Source: a virus. Taken from it: a DNA stretch of 64,000 nucleotides. The notes beneath the pieces were generated by a model. It was not told where the DNA came from and made no database searches. It saw only the letters and a list, made by a program, of their open reading frames with translations. Shown piece by piece: positions 20,219-31,241 of the stretch. Location of the stretch: the IMG/VR virus record IMGVR_UViG_3300020122_000155, positions 1 through 64,000 of that record. The stretch is one strand, 5' to 3'. Both the position numbers and the translations under genes were made by a program. The number at the start of each line of letters is the position of its first letter. Positions within the stretch are counted from its first letter, which is position 1.

Positions 20219-20848
20219 TCATGGATGAATCCCGTGAACCCCCGCATAAATTGCGAACGCCACGGAAATCAGCGTGACAAAAAAACCGGCTGCGGCGAGC
20301 AGATACATTCCGTTGCTCTGCTGGGCAACTCGAAACCCGACCGCTCCCTCCCGCGCTGCTTCCATGCGCGTCATTCGTCCTTCCAAAATGCCGATTTTAT
20401 CGTTCAGCGCATTGGTCGATGTTTGGATCACCTGACCTTGCTGATCAATCTGCTTGGACGCGCTCGCCTCCGACTTTGCCATCGACACGGTGAAAGTCTC
20501 GGTCTGCTGTCTGGAGGCTTCTTTGGCGCTCGCTAAAGCCGCCTCAATCGCCTGCCGCGCCGCGTTAAAAGCTTCCTTGACTCGCTCGTCGCGGTCCATA
20601 AACCGACCGTCAATCGCATGGAACTTCTCCATGACAAGCTCTTTTAATCGAGCTACTTCCCGATCCACTTCGGTGGGGACCCGGCGAAGGTTCGCCTCAA
20701 ACAACTCCTGCGCCTTCTCCATCGCATTGATGCGAGAAAGCAAAAGCTGTTTGAGTTGCTCCAGCCCTTTGTCCAAGGCTAGCGTTGTCAGTAAGGTGGG
20801 ATCGGGAATAGGGCGAATGTCTCCCGCCATTGACAATTTATCTTCCAT
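20219..20848 (-). CDS. Coiled-coil protein with C-terminal TM anchor
   Basis: Heptad repeats followed by a hydrophobic C-terminal helix. Confidence 0.6.
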   Translation of the reverse strand: MEDKLSMAGDIRPIPDPTLLTTLALDKGLEQLKQLLLSRINAMEKAQELFEANLRRVPTEVDREVARLKELVMEKFHAIDGRFMDRDERVKEAFNAARQAIEAALASAKEASRQQTETFTVSMAKSEASASKQIDQQGQVIQTSTNALNDKIGILEGRMTRMEAAREGAVGFRVAQQSNGMYLLAAAGFFVTLISVAFAIYAGVHGIHP

Positions 20849-21379
20849 TAGTCCCTAGGAGATTTCGACCTGATCGCGACATGCCCCGATACCGCTTTGC
20901 GCAATTCCTTCAAATCGTTAGGGCTCATTTTCGCCCACGCCTCATCGAGCAACGAAACGATAGCTTCGCGGATGCGAACGCCTTCGCTCGGTGATTTTAG
21001 CGGTGGATCGATTGGCATAAAAATGAGAATGGATCGGCGGACGGCTTTGGCCTCGTTCGCCAGAGCGTGAACGAAACTAGCGCAACGAACAACCCGACGA
21101 GGATTGCGGCCCAGGCGAGGACGATGAGCGCTCGGCTTCTCATGAAGGTTCCACGATTCACGTTAGCGCTATCTATTCTGCGCTGGCAACCGGCTCGTCA
21201 CTGGATCGAGGACACTTCATACCGCTTATCGCCGATCTCGATATAGGCGCATTTAGCGATGAGCTTCGGTAGTTCAGCTTCGAAATACTCCCGCGTTTCG
21301 TTTCTGCTAGTTAGGGTAACTATTTACTTCCCTAACCAAGATTTGATAGACTGATTGCGCCACCAAGAGGGGTGGCCGC

Positions 21380-21841
21380 ATGGCAATCTACACGACTGGC
21401 TTCTTGTGCGAGAAGGTTATCACAGAAAAAAGCGATTACGGCGACGTTTTCACCGCGATAAGGATCATCGACCGCTTTGTTCTCAAGATCCCAGCAACGC
21501 AGCCCGGCATTGCCGTAACTCTTCCCCCGATACACTTCAGCGCGGTCCTAATCTTTAAGTCGGACGGCCCAGAGACTTTCATGATCGCGATGGAGGCTGT
21601 CAACGTCAAAGGCGTTAGGGGCCAAAGGGACACGTACCAAGTATCGACGGAAGGCGGTGTGAAGGGGCACAAATTCCACGTCAACATGGTGGGCAATCCA
21701 GTAGAACCTGGACTTGCATGGTTCGATATTTTCGTTAACGATTCACTGGCGCTTCGATTGCCGTTTATTGTAGAGCATGAGATAAGTTCTGACTTTCGGA
21801 ACTATATCCCACATCCAGCACCGCAAAATCCATCCGACTAG
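21380..21841 (+). CDS. IS passenger protein, beta-sandwich (DUF6941-like)
   Basis: FLCEKVITE..FTAIRIID...PGLAWFDIFVND..LRLPF.V. Confidence 0.5.
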   Translation: MAIYTTGFLCEKVITEKSDYGDVFTAIRIIDRFVLKIPATQPGIAVTLPPIHFSAVLIFKSDGPETFMIAMEAVNVKGVRGQRDTYQVSTEGGVKGHKFHVNMVGNPVEPGLAWFDIFVNDSLALRLPFIVEHEISSDFRNYIPHPAPQNPSD

Positions 21842-22133
21842 TGCCGCCGAAAGTAAAGGTGACTTGCTCTGGCACACTCATATTCTTTTTCGGCGTCACG
21901 AAAGGGCGGGCGATCCTCGTCAACTCCTTCCACAGTTCATCGCGAGTCAAAACTCCGTCCGAAAACTCAGCCAGATTCATCTCGATATCGTCAACCAGGG
22001 ATTCAGCCTCAGGGTTTTTCTCTGAGCGGATGTCCCAGGTTGTCGGGACAAACCACTCTTCGAATTGGCGGAGGGACATTTCCTTGTCGAGCACTTTTCG
22101 CAATTGCTCTCGTATTTGAGGGGCATCCGGCAT
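21765..22133 (-). CDS. IS passenger hypothetical protein
   Basis: Start at MPDAPQIRE (GGAG SD); LRQFEEWF..WD..L...IE..LAEFS.G. Confidence 0.45.
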   Translation of the reverse strand: MPDAPQIREQLRKVLDKEMSLRQFEEWFVPTTWDIRSEKNPEAESLVDDIEMNLAEFSDGVLTRDELWKELTRIARPFVTPKKNMSVPEQVTFTFGGTSRMDFAVLDVGYSSESQNLSHALQ

Positions 22134-22470
22134 GAGCGCGTCTCCATATAAGAGTAGTACATCCGTCGATGTTTGGAAACTCCGACAGCTTTTCAACGAA
22201 GGGCGATTTGTTGAGCGCGGTGAATCAGGAGAACTGCGAGTAGAAATTTCGCGATCCAAAGAAGTCACCGAAAACAAGGTTCGAAACTGGGTTCCCGGTA
22301 CGCTTTCTCAGGAGCTAAAGTTTTTTGATCCGACAACCGGTCTATTGGTCGCGAAGGCTCACCGCTACATACGGCCCGATGGACTACTTGCGGCAAGTGG
22401 AATGGTAGATCCGAAGCGGATCGCGATCGACGGCGTTCTGTATCACATCCAAACACCAATCGAAGACTGA
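22132..22470 (+). CDS. IS passenger hypothetical protein
   Basis: 112-aa ORF with a protein-like AHRYIRPDG.LAASG..DPKRI C-terminus. Confidence 0.5.
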   Translation: MSASPYKSSTSVDVWKLRQLFNEGRFVERGESGELRVEISRSKEVTENKVRNWVPGTLSQELKFFDPTTGLLVAKAHRYIRPDGLLAASGMVDPKRIAIDGVLYHIQTPIED

Positions 22471-22484
22471 GGTAACATTGGGTC

Positions 22485-22736
22485 ATGAAATCTCACACGC
22501 CAGAGATGATCGAAGGACCAGAAGCGTTCGAACGGTTCCGTAATGCCGTAAAAAAGGTGCTCACGGTCCCAAAGAGCGCGGTTCCAAACCCGTTTGGAAA
22601 ACGCTCTAAGCAGAAGGATTTCGGAAAGGCCACGGAGCCGCCCGATTTTGGCCATTCGTCGAAGGGTAAATTGCAGAAGGATACTCCGCGAGGAAGGATG
22701 GCGAAGGGTACTGGCTCGATGCGCGGAAACGCATAG
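22485..22736 (+). CDS. Small IS1595-associated ORF
   Basis: GAGGT SD; [18 protein letters not shown]. Confidence 0.45.
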   Translation: MKSHTPEMIEGPEAFERFRNAVKKVLTVPKSAVPNPFGKRSKQKDFGKATEPPDFGHSSKGKLQKDTPRGRMAKGTGSMRGNA

Positions 22737-22780
22737 TGGTTCACCTTCTCTTCCCGCGTCTCTGTCGCTTCGCCTCCTTC

Positions 22781-23734
22781 TCAGTTAGGGTACGTTTGCG
22801 CTTCGTGGTTCTTTCCGGTCGCTTCGTTCCAAGTCAACCGCTTGCCGACGATCTGCGATGCGGCCATCTTGAAGCGGTCAAAATCAGTCATCTCTTTGCG
22901 ATTGTTGTAGCGGTAGGCCTGTTCATCCAAGTAGCGGAACAGGTGGAAGGGCTCAACTGAAACGTAGGTGCCGCTGATGCCGCGCTTCAGGAGCGCCCAA
23001 AAGTTCTCGATGGTGTTGGTGTGTACGTTACCTTCCACGTAGCTTACGGCGTGATCGATGACCTTGTGTGCGTAGTCGCCTTCCAATCCCTCGTACGACA
23101 AAAGGAAATCGGTATAGAGCGCGGAACCAGCCTCGACGTGCTTCTTAACCTCTGCCTGCAAGGTCTTCTTGCGGCGATTCGGGACTACCACGGTGCGGAC
23201 CTTGCCGCCCCGTTCCACTATGCCGAGTACCGGAGTCTTGTCTTTTCCGCCAGTGCCAGTGATCCGGCGACGGCGCTGGGCAATGTGCATGTTCCGCGCT
23301 TTGCCGCCGATGAAAGTTTCGTCTGCCTCGACGTGGCCGCTTGCCTTCTCGACAGAGCCATCATGCAGAGCCATGCGAATACGATGGTTCATAAACCAAG
23401 CCGACTTCTGAGTTACTCCTAAGTCGCGAGCCATCTCGCACGATGAAATACCGTTCTTGCAGTTCACTACCAGCCACATGGCGCAGAGCCATTTGTCGAG
23501 AGAGATTGGGGAGCTTTCGAAGATAGTTCCAACCTTCAAGGAGAACTGGGCCTTCTCATGTTTGCCATAGCATTTGTAACGGTTCTGGCTTGCGAGATAG
23601 GCGACGTTCTTGGAGCCACAGTACGGACACTCGACCTTACCATCAGCCCAGCGAAGCGAAGCTAAGAACTCATTGCAGTTGGTCGGATCGGCGAAGTATA
23701 CGATTGCTTCTTGGAGGGTGGAAGGTAGCGCCAT
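22781..23734 (-). CDS. tnp: IS1595-family (ISXO2-like) DDE transposase
   Basis: N-terminal CPYCGS Zn ribbon, VEADETFIGG, LYTD, HTNTIENFW, YLDE..YRYN. Confidence 0.95.
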   Translation of the reverse strand: MALPSTLQEAIVYFADPTNCNEFLASLRWADGKVECPYCGSKNVAYLASQNRYKCYGKHEKAQFSLKVGTIFESSPISLDKWLCAMWLVVNCKNGISSCEMARDLGVTQKSAWFMNHRIRMALHDGSVEKASGHVEADETFIGGKARNMHIAQRRRRITGTGGKDKTPVLGIVERGGKVRTVVVPNRRKKTLQAEVKKHVEAGSALYTDFLLSYEGLEGDYAHKVIDHAVSYVEGNVHTNTIENFWALLKRGISGTYVSVEPFHLFRYLDEQAYRYNNRKEMTDFDRFKMAASQIVGKRLTWNEATGKNHEAQTYPN

Positions 23735-23903
23735 GAGTTAAGTATGGGTCAAAAATCTTGGTTAGTCAAGTAAATAGTTACCCTAGTTAGCTCACCGAGA
23801 GGATGCTCCTCGCGATAGACAAAAATTACGCGCTCCTTAGTCGCCAAGCAAAGCTCTAATAGATCAACTGGTGACATACAAACCTTTCATTGCTTTACGA
23901 ACT

Positions 23904-24623
23904 TCATGCAGTTGCTTTTATCGCTGGATCAACCCGATTATCCTGCGCGCTTTGCCCAGCTATTTTCGGAACCGGATTCGCCAACTTCAAGAAAGCCCGC
24001 GCGATTTCTTTCTGACCACACTTGCTGCCGTGCGCCTTAAGGTTCGCCCACACAACAGTTTGAGAGTCAAAGCCAAGGGCTATCTGCTCCGCCACCTGCT
24101 TTTCGGCAAGTACATCTCGCCGACACACCGGGCATAGCTTTAAAGCATTAGGACGATGGTACTTATTGCAGCGCAAGCATTGAATGTCATCCGCCTTTGG
24201 CCGCGCTCCAGCCTGCGGGATGTCGCACATCGGAACCGGCCTGATCGCCCCGGCAAATCTCCCTTTCGAAATCCGCTCCCGGACGATGAACCCATGCGCA
24301 GCCAACTCGATCAACGATTGCCGCGCCGTCCTAAGCGACGTATTGGACGAACCAGCCAGAACTTCCTCCGGCTCCTCGCACAAATCCTTGCCCGACCGCC
24401 AAGCGTAAAAACAGATCGCATCGTACACCGACTTAGCCGCGTGCGAAACCAGAGTTGAGGCCGTAATCGAGATCGGCTTTGCGCTCCACCCTTTGCGCAT
24501 TTCATCCGCCGTCAACCCGGCAGATTTTGCCGCGTTCAACCCGGCAAAATTTTCCGCGCATCTATTCTTTATTAGAGAAGAGGAAAATTTGGCAGCGGAC
24601 TTTTTCAAAGTGCTACCTTCCAC
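23904..24623 (-). CDS. HTH plus Zn-finger DNA-binding protein
   Basis: Winged-HTH-like SLRTARQSLIELAAHGFI; CLRC..CPVC. Confidence 0.45.
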   Translation of the reverse strand: MEGSTLKKSAAKFSSSLIKNRCAENFAGLNAAKSAGLTADEMRKGWSAKPISITASTLVSHAAKSVYDAICFYAWRSGKDLCEEPEEVLAGSSNTSLRTARQSLIELAAHGFIVRERISKGRFAGAIRPVPMCDIPQAGARPKADDIQCLRCNKYHRPNALKLCPVCRRDVLAEKQVAEQIALGFDSQTVVWANLKAHGSKCGQKEIARAFLKLANPVPKIAGQSAQDNRVDPAIKATA

Positions 24624-24801
24624 TTTTGCGGACCCTGCGTTTCTTCGATGTATGTCCGAAGCCGCCGCGCGAAAATTCTCCCCGGCGTTTCCTTCGTCCG
24701 GCGCACCGGTCGCTTCACATTCGCACAGCTTCCGCCGTGCGCCACCTTACACGCTATGCAAATAGCTTTCGCCATGCGTTTAGATGTGGTAACATTCATA
24801 T

Positions 24802-25392
24802 ATGCCAAAGCATACCATAGTTATGTTGAAATGCGATTTCTGCGGTAAGGAGTTTTTGGCAAAAAGCAATAGGAGATTCTGTTCTCTAAAATGCTCATCC
24901 AAATCCCGCGTTGAGCCGGTTGAAACTAGATTTTGGAGAAAGGTTGCAAAGACGGATAACCCTGACGATTGTTGGGATTGGACGGGTATATTTTGTAAGG
25001 GCACTGGGTACGGCACGATTTGCTTCGATGGCAAGCCCATAAACGCTCATAGGCTAGCGTGGATCTTACACAACGGTTCAATCGAGGGCCGCATGGACGT
25101 TTGCCACAAATGCGACCGGCGATCCTGCGTCAATATCAACCATCTCTTCCTCGGAACACGCCGCGAGAACATTCACGATGCAATGCGCAAGGGTCGCCTT
25201 ATTCGAAAGACTGGCGATCAAAACTCGTGCACGGCTATATCAGACTCGCAGGTTGAAGAAATTAAATCACTTGCCGGAAAAGTATTACAGCGAGTAATAG
25301 CCGAAAGGTTCAATACCTCGGGAGCGCAAATTTCACGCATAATAAATGGCAAAAGACGAGCAAAGCCTTACGTTTACCAACTACAAAAATAG
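24802..25392 (+). CDS. HNH homing endonuclease
   Basis: CWDWTG..GYG..AHRLAW..CHKCDRRSCVNINHLFLGT..EN..D; C-terminal HTH. Confidence 0.9.
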   Translation: MPKHTIVMLKCDFCGKEFLAKSNRRFCSLKCSSKSRVEPVETRFWRKVAKTDNPDDCWDWTGIFCKGTGYGTICFDGKPINAHRLAWILHNGSIEGRMDVCHKCDRRSCVNINHLFLGTRRENIHDAMRKGRLIRKTGDQNSCTAISDSQVEEIKSLAGKVLQRVIAERFNTSGAQISRIINGKRRAKPYVYQLQK

Positions 25393-25890
25393 GTCCCATT
25401 TCAAACCCAAATCGTAATCTCGAAAGTGCGCACTTCTGCACTTTCCGCCAGTTTTCAATTTGGCTCCCGCCGTCTCGATAAGGCCACCCGCACTGAGCCC
25501 TCGACACTTACGGTCCCACCGCGAGCAAGAGCCAAATCCGCCCCAGCGCCGCAAGCCAGAAGCCAGAAGCCCTCCACGCCGGTATACCAAGGTTTTCTCG
25601 TGACGCAATCCGGGATTTTGCGCGACTGAGGCTTTCCAGAAGAGGGGCATACGGCACCTGGAGGCCCCCGTCAACCCCTGGCGTGGCCCGTCCCCTGCCC
25701 TAGCGCGTCGCTGGCTGCGTCGCTGGGCTCCGTCTGGCAGTCAGCAGCCTCCAGCCGTCTAGCGGCGCGTCTGGCTGCGTCTAATGCGCGGGAAGGCGCG
25801 GAGGATAACTAAAACTCATGTTAAAGAATTAAGCCATTACGTTACATATGAACTATTCTCGGCACAAGAGGTAAACAAAGGACTTACAGG

Positions 25891-26451
25891 CTACGTTTCG
25901 CGTTCCACAGCTAAATCGCTCTGGTTGATGGCGGTTGACTCACATTCCAGCGCTTCAACGTCGATTACTTCACCGATGGCTGGCTCTTCCCCGGCGATCT
26001 GCTTACGATCAGCGATTGGAAGCGATCCGAGCGACTGACGCAACGCCAGATTCATCTCAGCCGGTGTCATGCCGGTGATGTTCACCGTGTTGCTGACGCG
26101 CGTTCCTGTGCCATCGCCGAGGAGTCCGCCAATCTGCGCTAAAGTGCGTTGACATTGCAATGCAATCGCGTATTCTTTTGAAGCCTTTGCGAGTCGATGG
26201 ATCGAGACTATGTTGGTGACTACGGACAACTTAGACGTGTGAACGGAAGCCGGATCAGACGCAGCCGGTTCCGTAGAACCTTGTCGAAGTTCCTGGACGC
26301 GCGCGGCAACCTGAGGCTCGCGGGAGAGTCTCATGCCAGTGTTGCCGGGGTTTCCTGTGGCGTAATCTGCTAAGCGAGCGGCTTCAGACTGAGACTTTCC
26401 GATTGCGCGGTGTTGTGCGAACGCTTCGCGCTTTGGGTCAGAAAGCCGCAT
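25891..26451 (-). CDS. terS: Terminase small subunit (probable)
   Basis: LSDPKREAFAQ..AIGKSQSEAARLA.Y...RL...PQVAARVQEL N-terminal HTH. Confidence 0.75.
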   Translation of the reverse strand: MRLSDPKREAFAQHRAIGKSQSEAARLADYATGNPGNTGMRLSREPQVAARVQELRQGSTEPAASDPASVHTSKLSVVTNIVSIHRLAKASKEYAIALQCQRTLAQIGGLLGDGTGTRVSNTVNITGMTPAEMNLALRQSLGSLPIADRKQIAGEEPAIGEVIDVEALECESTAINQSDLAVERET

Positions 26452-26926
26452 GCTTTAACTCTCGTCTGTTGCGCAGCCAAGTGTAAGACTTCGGATTTAG
26501 CGAACTTCGCTTGCTGCGATCCGCGTTACCGATACGGACAGAAACGCCGGACGGGGTGACGCTGGATTGAGTCGGACCAACAGCAACAACGTAGCGCCCC
26601 TCGGCGCGGACCCAAATTTCAGTGTTCCCGACGAAGCTTCGATTGAGCGAAGCAAGGTACTCACGAACTGACCTTGAGGCTGAGGCGGCGCGCTGATTCT
26701 TGCTAAGTCTATAGACCCTTGCTTTCATATACTTACGTTCTTACTGCTGCAATGTGTTGATACTAAAGGCGTTAAGCTGTTTCTCTAGTTTTTCGCCTTT
26801 ATTCTGCAAACGGTGCATATTTATTTTCGCTTTGTTTTCAGAGCGGTAGAGGCAGTTTAAAAACTCCATGTAGATTATCGTGTAAGCTGGTTTCACCGGA
26901 ACAACCACCGGCAAGGAGAAAACCAA

Positions 26927-28000
26927 ATGTCACACGGACTAACGACCTCGAACAGCTACTACACCGGACGCCTTGCAGCATGGCACAAGCTTGGGAAGGT
27001 GCGCGGCGAGCACGCGACAAGCGATTCGCTGCTGGCGGAAACGCCCTTTCAGTATACTGTGTTCAAGTCTCAGCTTCAGGACGGACTAGGACGCCCGGTT
27101 AAGGCGTGGGGGACGTTCCGCTGGAACTACTCGGATAAGCTGGCTGGTAACAAGACCGCCGCTGAGTTCTTAGGGCCAGTCGGGGAAGATTACACCTGCG
27201 TTCAGCACGCGGAAGGCTTCAAGACCATCGACGCGATTATGCAGAGCGTCAACGGCGCTCACTACGAGACAGCCGGAGTTCTTGGGAATGGCGAGCGCGT
27301 TTGGGCGCTTGCGGACCTCGGTTTAGGCTTCAACATCGGCGATGACGTTCACAAGAATTTCGTGCTATTTGTCACCGGCCACGATGGCAGCATGGCTCAC
27401 ACTTACAAGCTTGTTGACGAGCGCGTTGTTTGCGCGAACACTCTCGCGATGGCCCTCAGCGAGAAGGGCTTCAAATCGTCTTTCCGCCACACGAAGAACG
27501 CGCAAGGCCGCATCCTGGATGCACGCGAAGCAATGGCCGCGCTCATGGGCGAAGGCAACACCCTCAAGAATCGCTTTGAGCTACTAGCCAGCCGCAAGAT
27601 GACCCGCGAGGCCGTAACGTCGATCTTTGACCGCTTGTTCCCCAAGCAGAAGACCGAAGCCGGGGAAGATCGCAACACCACGCGCCGCGAGAACATTATC
27701 GCCGATATCCTCCGCGTTTACGAAGCCAACGACGGAAACGCCTTCCCAGAACAGCGCGGAACCGCTTACAACTTGCTCCAAGGCGTTACCGGTTACGTTG
27801 ACCACGTGCGCGGACAACGCGACGGACGCGCCGAGTCTGCCATGTTCGGATCAGGCGACGCGCTCAAGTCCAAGGCGTTTGAAGTCATCATGCAGGCTGC
27901 GCCAGGACTGCCGGAGATCGCCCGCAAGATGACGTTCGTATCCGGCGAGGGTTCCACCGGTTCAAGCCTGCTCGATTCGCTCGTCGAAGCCTCTGTCTAG
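26927..28000 (+). CDS. DUF932/DUF945 phage-plasmid protein
   Basis: AWHKLG, YETAGVLGNGERVW, HDGS, RVVCANTL, RHT, GTAYNL..VT.YVDH. Confidence 0.85.
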   Translation: MSHGLTTSNSYYTGRLAAWHKLGKVRGEHATSDSLLAETPFQYTVFKSQLQDGLGRPVKAWGTFRWNYSDKLAGNKTAAEFLGPVGEDYTCVQHAEGFKTIDAIMQSVNGAHYETAGVLGNGERVWALADLGLGFNIGDDVHKNFVLFVTGHDGSMAHTYKLVDERVVCANTLAMALSEKGFKSSFRHTKNAQGRILDAREAMAALMGEGNTLKNRFELLASRKMTREAVTSIFDRLFPKQKTEAGEDRNTTRRENIIADILRVYEANDGNAFPEQRGTAYNLLQGVTGYVDHVRGQRDGRAESAMFGSGDALKSKAFEVIMQAAPGLPEIARKMTFVSGEGSTGSSLLDSLVEASV

Positions 28001-29316
28001 GGGATTCTGTAAGGCCGCGTGATGAGCGCGGCTTTGCGGGGTTAACCTACCCACACAGGAGAAATTAATGCCCAACTATCAACCGTTGAATCTAAAGCCG
28101 TCAGACCGCGACGCGCTAGGACCGTATCAGCGCGCGAACAAACTCGCCGCGAAGTACTGCAAGTGCCCAGCTTGCGAACGTGGCCGCGCCGGGAAGGGGA
28201 TCAATTAGCCATGACGACATCGCCCGCCCTCGATTCCATCCTCGCGAAGCACGCCGAGGAACCGCCCGAACTGCCACGGCTCACAGTATCTCAGGCATTC
28301 ATCACCTACGAACGCGCCGGAATCCAGCTAGAAGCCGCTTGCGCGCTCTATAAGCAACTGCCAAAGGTTTCGAGCGTACAGGCAGGCAACGAAGTGCTGA
28401 AGGACTTCATCAAAGCCGCCGAGGCCGCAATCAAGCACGCCGCGCGCCTATTGGAGGCGAACGCATGACCAAGGCACAAACAGCGATGCTCGCCGCGATC
28501 AAAGAAGCTGGCGTTATCGAGTGGGACGATATCCTCAGCCTGCCCAATGACCGAAAACAGCTTTACAGCAAGCGCAACCTAAACGCCCTGATCGCTAATG
28601 GACTCATCGCCGAAAAGCTGATCCAGTGCGCTTCCGAATCCGAAAAGGACGCTTACCGAGCCGCCCATCAAAAACACACTGACGCGATGGCCGCTCAACT
28701 CAAAGAGCACGCCGACCGCAAAGAATGGTCTAAGGTCAGTTTACTAGCCGACTCGCTCTACTATCGGCAGACTGAAATAGACACCTGGATCGAGGACGGA
28801 TTGAAGCTTTACACCGTGAAAGGAGGTGAGAAACACGATAGGAATAGCCAGGAACCAGCCCGAGATACGGGAGTACTTGAACAAGTGCCCAGCAGTCGAA
28901 AGCTTTACCGAGACAGACGACCGCATGATTACTTTCAAGTTTGACCCAAACAAGAAACCAGACGACGCGCCCGAAGGGGTGTTTTTCGACCTTAGCGCTG
29001 CGCCGTTCTGAAAACCGGATCGTCAGGAGATCCTATCGCGCCGCGCCACCTGCGCGGCTCGGTGGGGTTATAACCTAACCCAGACTGAGGAGAAAACAAT
29101 GCAGACTGAAACGAATCGCAAAGGCCCACTGACAGCCACGGAGCAGTACATCATCGGAAATGCTCTGCGTGTTGCAGCCGATCAGTACGACAACGACGCG
29201 GCGCAAGGTGCCGAGTTTGGCATGAGTGACCGAACCGTCAAAGCATTTCACGATCAAGCCGAGTCCGCCCGCAAATGGGCTGACCTGATCGAGAACGCCA
29301 ACGAGGTAACCATCAA

Positions 29317-30132
29317 GTGACACGCGCCGGAGTATTCATCCTCGACAAGAACGGACGCGCGCTAGCTTGGGACCTCGCCGAAGACGTTGTACTTCGATCT
29401 GGCAAGCTTGACCGTGACGCCAGCTTAAAGCAAGCTATCACACGCCTAACCGGCAAACCGATCAGAGAAGCCGTGCCGCTCGAACGAAAGCTCTATGCCG
29501 CGACCAACAAAGTACTCGACCTGCTAGGAGGAAAATGGAACCGCTCAGCAAAGGGACATATCTTTGATGGCGACGCAGCCGACCGCATCGAGAATGCTGT
29601 GCTCACTGGAGATGTGCTCGACACGCGCAAGCTATTCCAGTTCTTTGAGACGCCACCCGACTTATGCAAGCGCATGGTAAGAATCGCCGACATCGAGAAA
29701 AATGGTCGCGTGTTAGAACCCAGCGCCGGAAGTGGAAACATCCTACGCGCGCTCAGCACAGACATTGATAAAGTCGCCATCGAGCTAAACCCGGCAATGC
29801 TGCCGAAACTCGCTTGCGCCGGATCAGGCTTACAGGTTCACGAAGGAAACTTTCTCTCATTCGACGCGCCGCAGTTTGAGAAGTTCGACGCCGTTATCAT
29901 GAACCCGCCGTTCAGCAATGGCCAGGACATCGCCCACATTCAGCACGCGCTAACGTTTCTAAAACCCGGTGGCCGATTAGTCGCCATCTGCGCCAACGGC
30001 CCGCGCCAAGCGGAGAAGCTCAAGCCAATCGTTGAGCAGCACGGCGGAACATGGGAACCGCTGCCCGCCGACACGTTCAAGCAGTCAGGAACCGGAGTCA
30101 ATACGGTCCTGTTATCGCTGACCGTAAAATAA
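29317..30132 (+). CDS. Class I SAM-dependent DNA (N6-adenine) methyltransferase
   Basis: QFFETP, VLEPSAGSG, IMNPPF, LKPGGRLVAI, F..SGTGV.T. Confidence 0.85.
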   Translation: MTRAGVFILDKNGRALAWDLAEDVVLRSGKLDRDASLKQAITRLTGKPIREAVPLERKLYAATNKVLDLLGGKWNRSAKGHIFDGDAADRIENAVLTGDVLDTRKLFQFFETPPDLCKRMVRIADIEKNGRVLEPSAGSGNILRALSTDIDKVAIELNPAMLPKLACAGSGLQVHEGNFLSFDAPQFEKFDAVIMNPPFSNGQDIAHIQHALTFLKPGGRLVAICANGPRQAEKLKPIVEQHGGTWEPLPADTFKQSGTGVNTVLLSLTVK

Positions 30133-30430
30133 CCTTTATGCCTAAACCAACTTGCCCGAAGTGCCACGCGCCATTGACGCAAGATCAAGTACGAAACCTT
30201 GCCGCGTTACTCGACAAGGAGAACATGAAAAGCCTGATCGGAGCCTACACCAGCAGCCTAAAGAAACGCTTCAAGGGATGGCCGAAAGGAAAGAAATGGA
30301 CCGAGGAACGAAAGGCCGCTCACCGGGAAGCGATCAGGAAACGTTTAGCAGCGAAAAACACTTGACGGATTAAACGTCATGGTGTTATTATTGACTAGCC
30401 ACTAACCACGGCATAAAAGGAGAAAAACAA

Positions 30431-30826
30431 ATGAAAAAGTTAGACAAAGAAACCATTGCAGAGCGCGATTCAATTTGTAGTCGCCTGCGCGATGCGTTTG
30501 ACAAAGCCAATGCCGCAATCGAGGAACTAAATGCGGCAATCATAGAAAAATGGGACGAAGTAGAGGAGGCAGTGTCCTCCTACAACGAAGCTGTCTCCGA
30601 AGCTGATTCATGGAAAGAATCGGTCGCGTCTGATATCCAATCCTACATGGATGACCGCTCCGAGAAGTGGCAAGAGGGAGACAAGGCCCAAGCCTACACT
30701 TCCTGGAAGGAGGCGTTTGAGGATACCTTTGATGCCTTCGAAATTGAGCAGCCAAATGGCCTCGATCCCATCGACGAAGGCTTAGCCGAACTGCTAGAGC
30801 AATTACCTGAAGAGGTAGAGGCATGA
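30431..30826 (+). CDS. Acidic coiled-coil protein
   Basis: AAGGAG SD; very acidic helical protein; RSEKWQEGDK motif. Confidence 0.6.
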   Translation: MKKLDKETIAERDSICSRLRDAFDKANAAIEELNAAIIEKWDEVEEAVSSYNEAVSEADSWKESVASDIQSYMDDRSEKWQEGDKAQAYTSWKEAFEDTFDAFEIEQPNGLDPIDEGLAELLEQLPEEVEA

Positions 30827-31241
30827 CCCGCCGCGCCTCAGCCGATCAAGGCTCTCTGCTGGATTACATGAAGCCGGACGGTTCGCCCGCGCTTCATCCG
30901 CCTCTCTGCGCTTGCGGATGCTCGCCCGTCATGATCCTCAGCCCTCAGCCTGCCGCCGTGCTCGCCGAGCAGATTGCGGAACCTTGGGAGGTCGCGCAAT
31001 GCCATCGGGAAGAACGTCAGCCAAAACAAGGCGCTCTATCGGCCATTCGACATCGAGGACTTTTCCAAGGCATTCTCAGCTAGAATGCAAAAACTGAGAG
31101 AGTCCGCTCAATGAAATTCGCTGCGCTTGTTTCCCGGCTTCGCTGGGTTTCTCCAGCGCGGCTAATCGTGACCCGCTTGGTTAGCGACGCCGCCTCAGTA
31201 CGTTAATCTGAGGCACAAACCAAAATCAAGGAGAAAATCAG

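Larger units (their letters stand above)
21315..23782 (-). mobile_element. IS1595-family insertion sequence with passenger genes
   Basis: 30-bp terminal IRs GGTAACTATTTACTT(CC/GA)CTAACCAAGATTT; 8-bp TSD CTAGTTAG at 21307-21314 and 23783-23790. Confidence 0.95.
21198..23877 (-). pseudogene. 67-aa ORF interrupted by the IS
   Basis: Removing the IS and one TSD copy restores MSPVDLLELCLATKERVIFVYREEHPLGELTSRNETREYFEAELPKLIAKCAYIEIGDKRYEVSSIQ*. Confidence 0.65.
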
